Origin: Chrysemys picta bellii
Taxonomy: Eukaryota
Direction of reading: 5' to 3'
DNA: 64,000 bases
NCBI RefSeq assembly: GCF_011386835.1
Contig: NC_088799.1
Location: 22,196,001-22,260,000, forward strand
This document shows, one piece after another, positions 62,778 through 64,000 of this stretch (its first letter is position 1; each line of letters starts with the position of its first letter). A model generated the notes under the pieces. It did no database searches, had not been told where the DNA came from, and saw nothing but the letters and a program-made list of their open reading frames with translations. The translations under genes were made by a program, and so were the position numbers.

Positions 62778-63428
62778 GTATAAATGCATATGTACCTCCT
62801 GTATTCTTGGGATATTAATTTGTATTACTATACTGCCTGGGAGCTGTAGTCATAGATTCCCAGAGCACTGGGAATGCCAGTTTATACAGAACTCTCAAAG
62901 AATGCTAAGAGTTAGAACAAAATGATGGGAGAGCTATTGCACAGGAATTGTAGAAAAAGGAACTTAACCTTTGGACAGAAGTTTCTGGAGCGATAACAAC
63001 CATCTTTTCCTCATGACCACAGGAGCATGATTCTTACAGAGAGAGGGGGGGGGGAACAAATTCCCCAACCTGCCTTTTGGAGGTAACGGTGACTTGGAAG
63101 GCCAGCCACAGACTTGTATAATCTGGGCAGCTGTGCACACCCAAATAGTCTGATATGACTATCTATATAACGCTGCTATGGCTGGTACCCATATTTTTAT
63201 GGTGCCTGACTGTAGGATTTCAACCAACACTCATGTAGCTTAGATCACCAGAACTTGGTGATTATAATGTTTGTATTACGATACCATCTAGATGTGAGGG
63301 CCCCATTGTACTGTGCACAGAACAAATGAAGAGGAAGTGCCTGATTCAAAGAGTTTGTTTCCCTGGCACCAGAAACATAATTTGACCAAGTCAATGAAAG
63401 AAATTTCCTAGTTGAGTTCTGTCTAGAT

Positions 63429-64000
63429 CAGGGGTCGGCAACCTTTCAGAAGTGGTATGCCGAGTGGTTTCGTGTGCCAGTAATACATTTTAACGTTTTT
63501 AGAAGGTCTCTCTCTATAAGTCTATAATATATAACTAAACTATTGTATGTAAAGTAAACAAGGTTTTTAAAATGTTTAAGAAGCTTCATTTAAAATTAAA
63601 TTAAAATGCAGATCTTATCAGTTTTAGTGCAGTGGTTCTTAACCTGGGGTGCATGCACCCCCTGGGGGTGCAAGATGCCCTTTCTGGGGATGCGAGATAG
63701 ATGAGATTTTTTTTTAGAAGGTAAATCATTGAAAACACAAATTAAGCACAGGCACATAAGTACAACTACTTTGTTTCATCAAACTTATGTATTTATTAAC
63801 ATTATACATTTTTTTAACGATTACTGTAATATACAAAGTTAAGTTTTTAAGCTAATTGTAGTGTAATTTTTGATAAGAGCTGCAGAGCGCTGGGAACAGA
63901 CCAGGAGCAGAGCCCTGGGCTGGCTGCCGGTACCCCAAGCCGGTAGGAGGGCTGAGCAGGGCCATAGGCCCGGATCCCAGGAGGCTGGAACCCCAGACCA
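63429..64000. mobile_element. Second copy of the composite hAT MITE, running off the window
   Basis: Left flank gtctagat and the same internal junction aaatgcagatcttatcagtt(t)tagtgcagtggttcttaacct as 59000-59974. Confidence 0.88.

Noticed and set aside
1-64000. CRISPR arrays, operons or endogenous viral genes
   Set aside because: No repeat-spacer arrays, prokaryotic gene structure or recognisable viral ORFs were seen. The content is eukaryotic intron.

Overview
Vertebrate genomic DNA, almost certainly from a cryptodiran turtle (tortoise PolIII/tRNA-derived SINEs with CR1 tails, turtle-type CR1, Penelope-like elements, many hAT and Harbinger MITEs). The window lies inside the SCHIP1 (IQCJ-SCHIP1) locus on the minus strand. 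It holds the shared coding exon [40 protein letters not shown] (10834-10952) and at least two alternative N-terminal exons that end in phase 0 and can splice onto it: MVHQENCSYQ (38509-38538) and MNLDSDGMDDIISKVSTLEMEGNYKK (21731-21808). A third candidate, MLHACMQKVLSEYVNIPQ (51016-51069), sits between a Harbinger MITE and a solo LTR. The rest is intron with layered transposon insertions. The most notable are a Penelope-like element with inverted termini carrying minimal hammerhead-ribozyme motifs, a composite hAT MITE that has moved as a unit, two LF-SINEs and a strong CTCF motif. Almost all long ORFs in the supplied track are artefacts of GC-rich repeats or fragments of retroelement ORFs. 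All identifications come from reading the sequence and recalled family or protein sequences; no database search was run.
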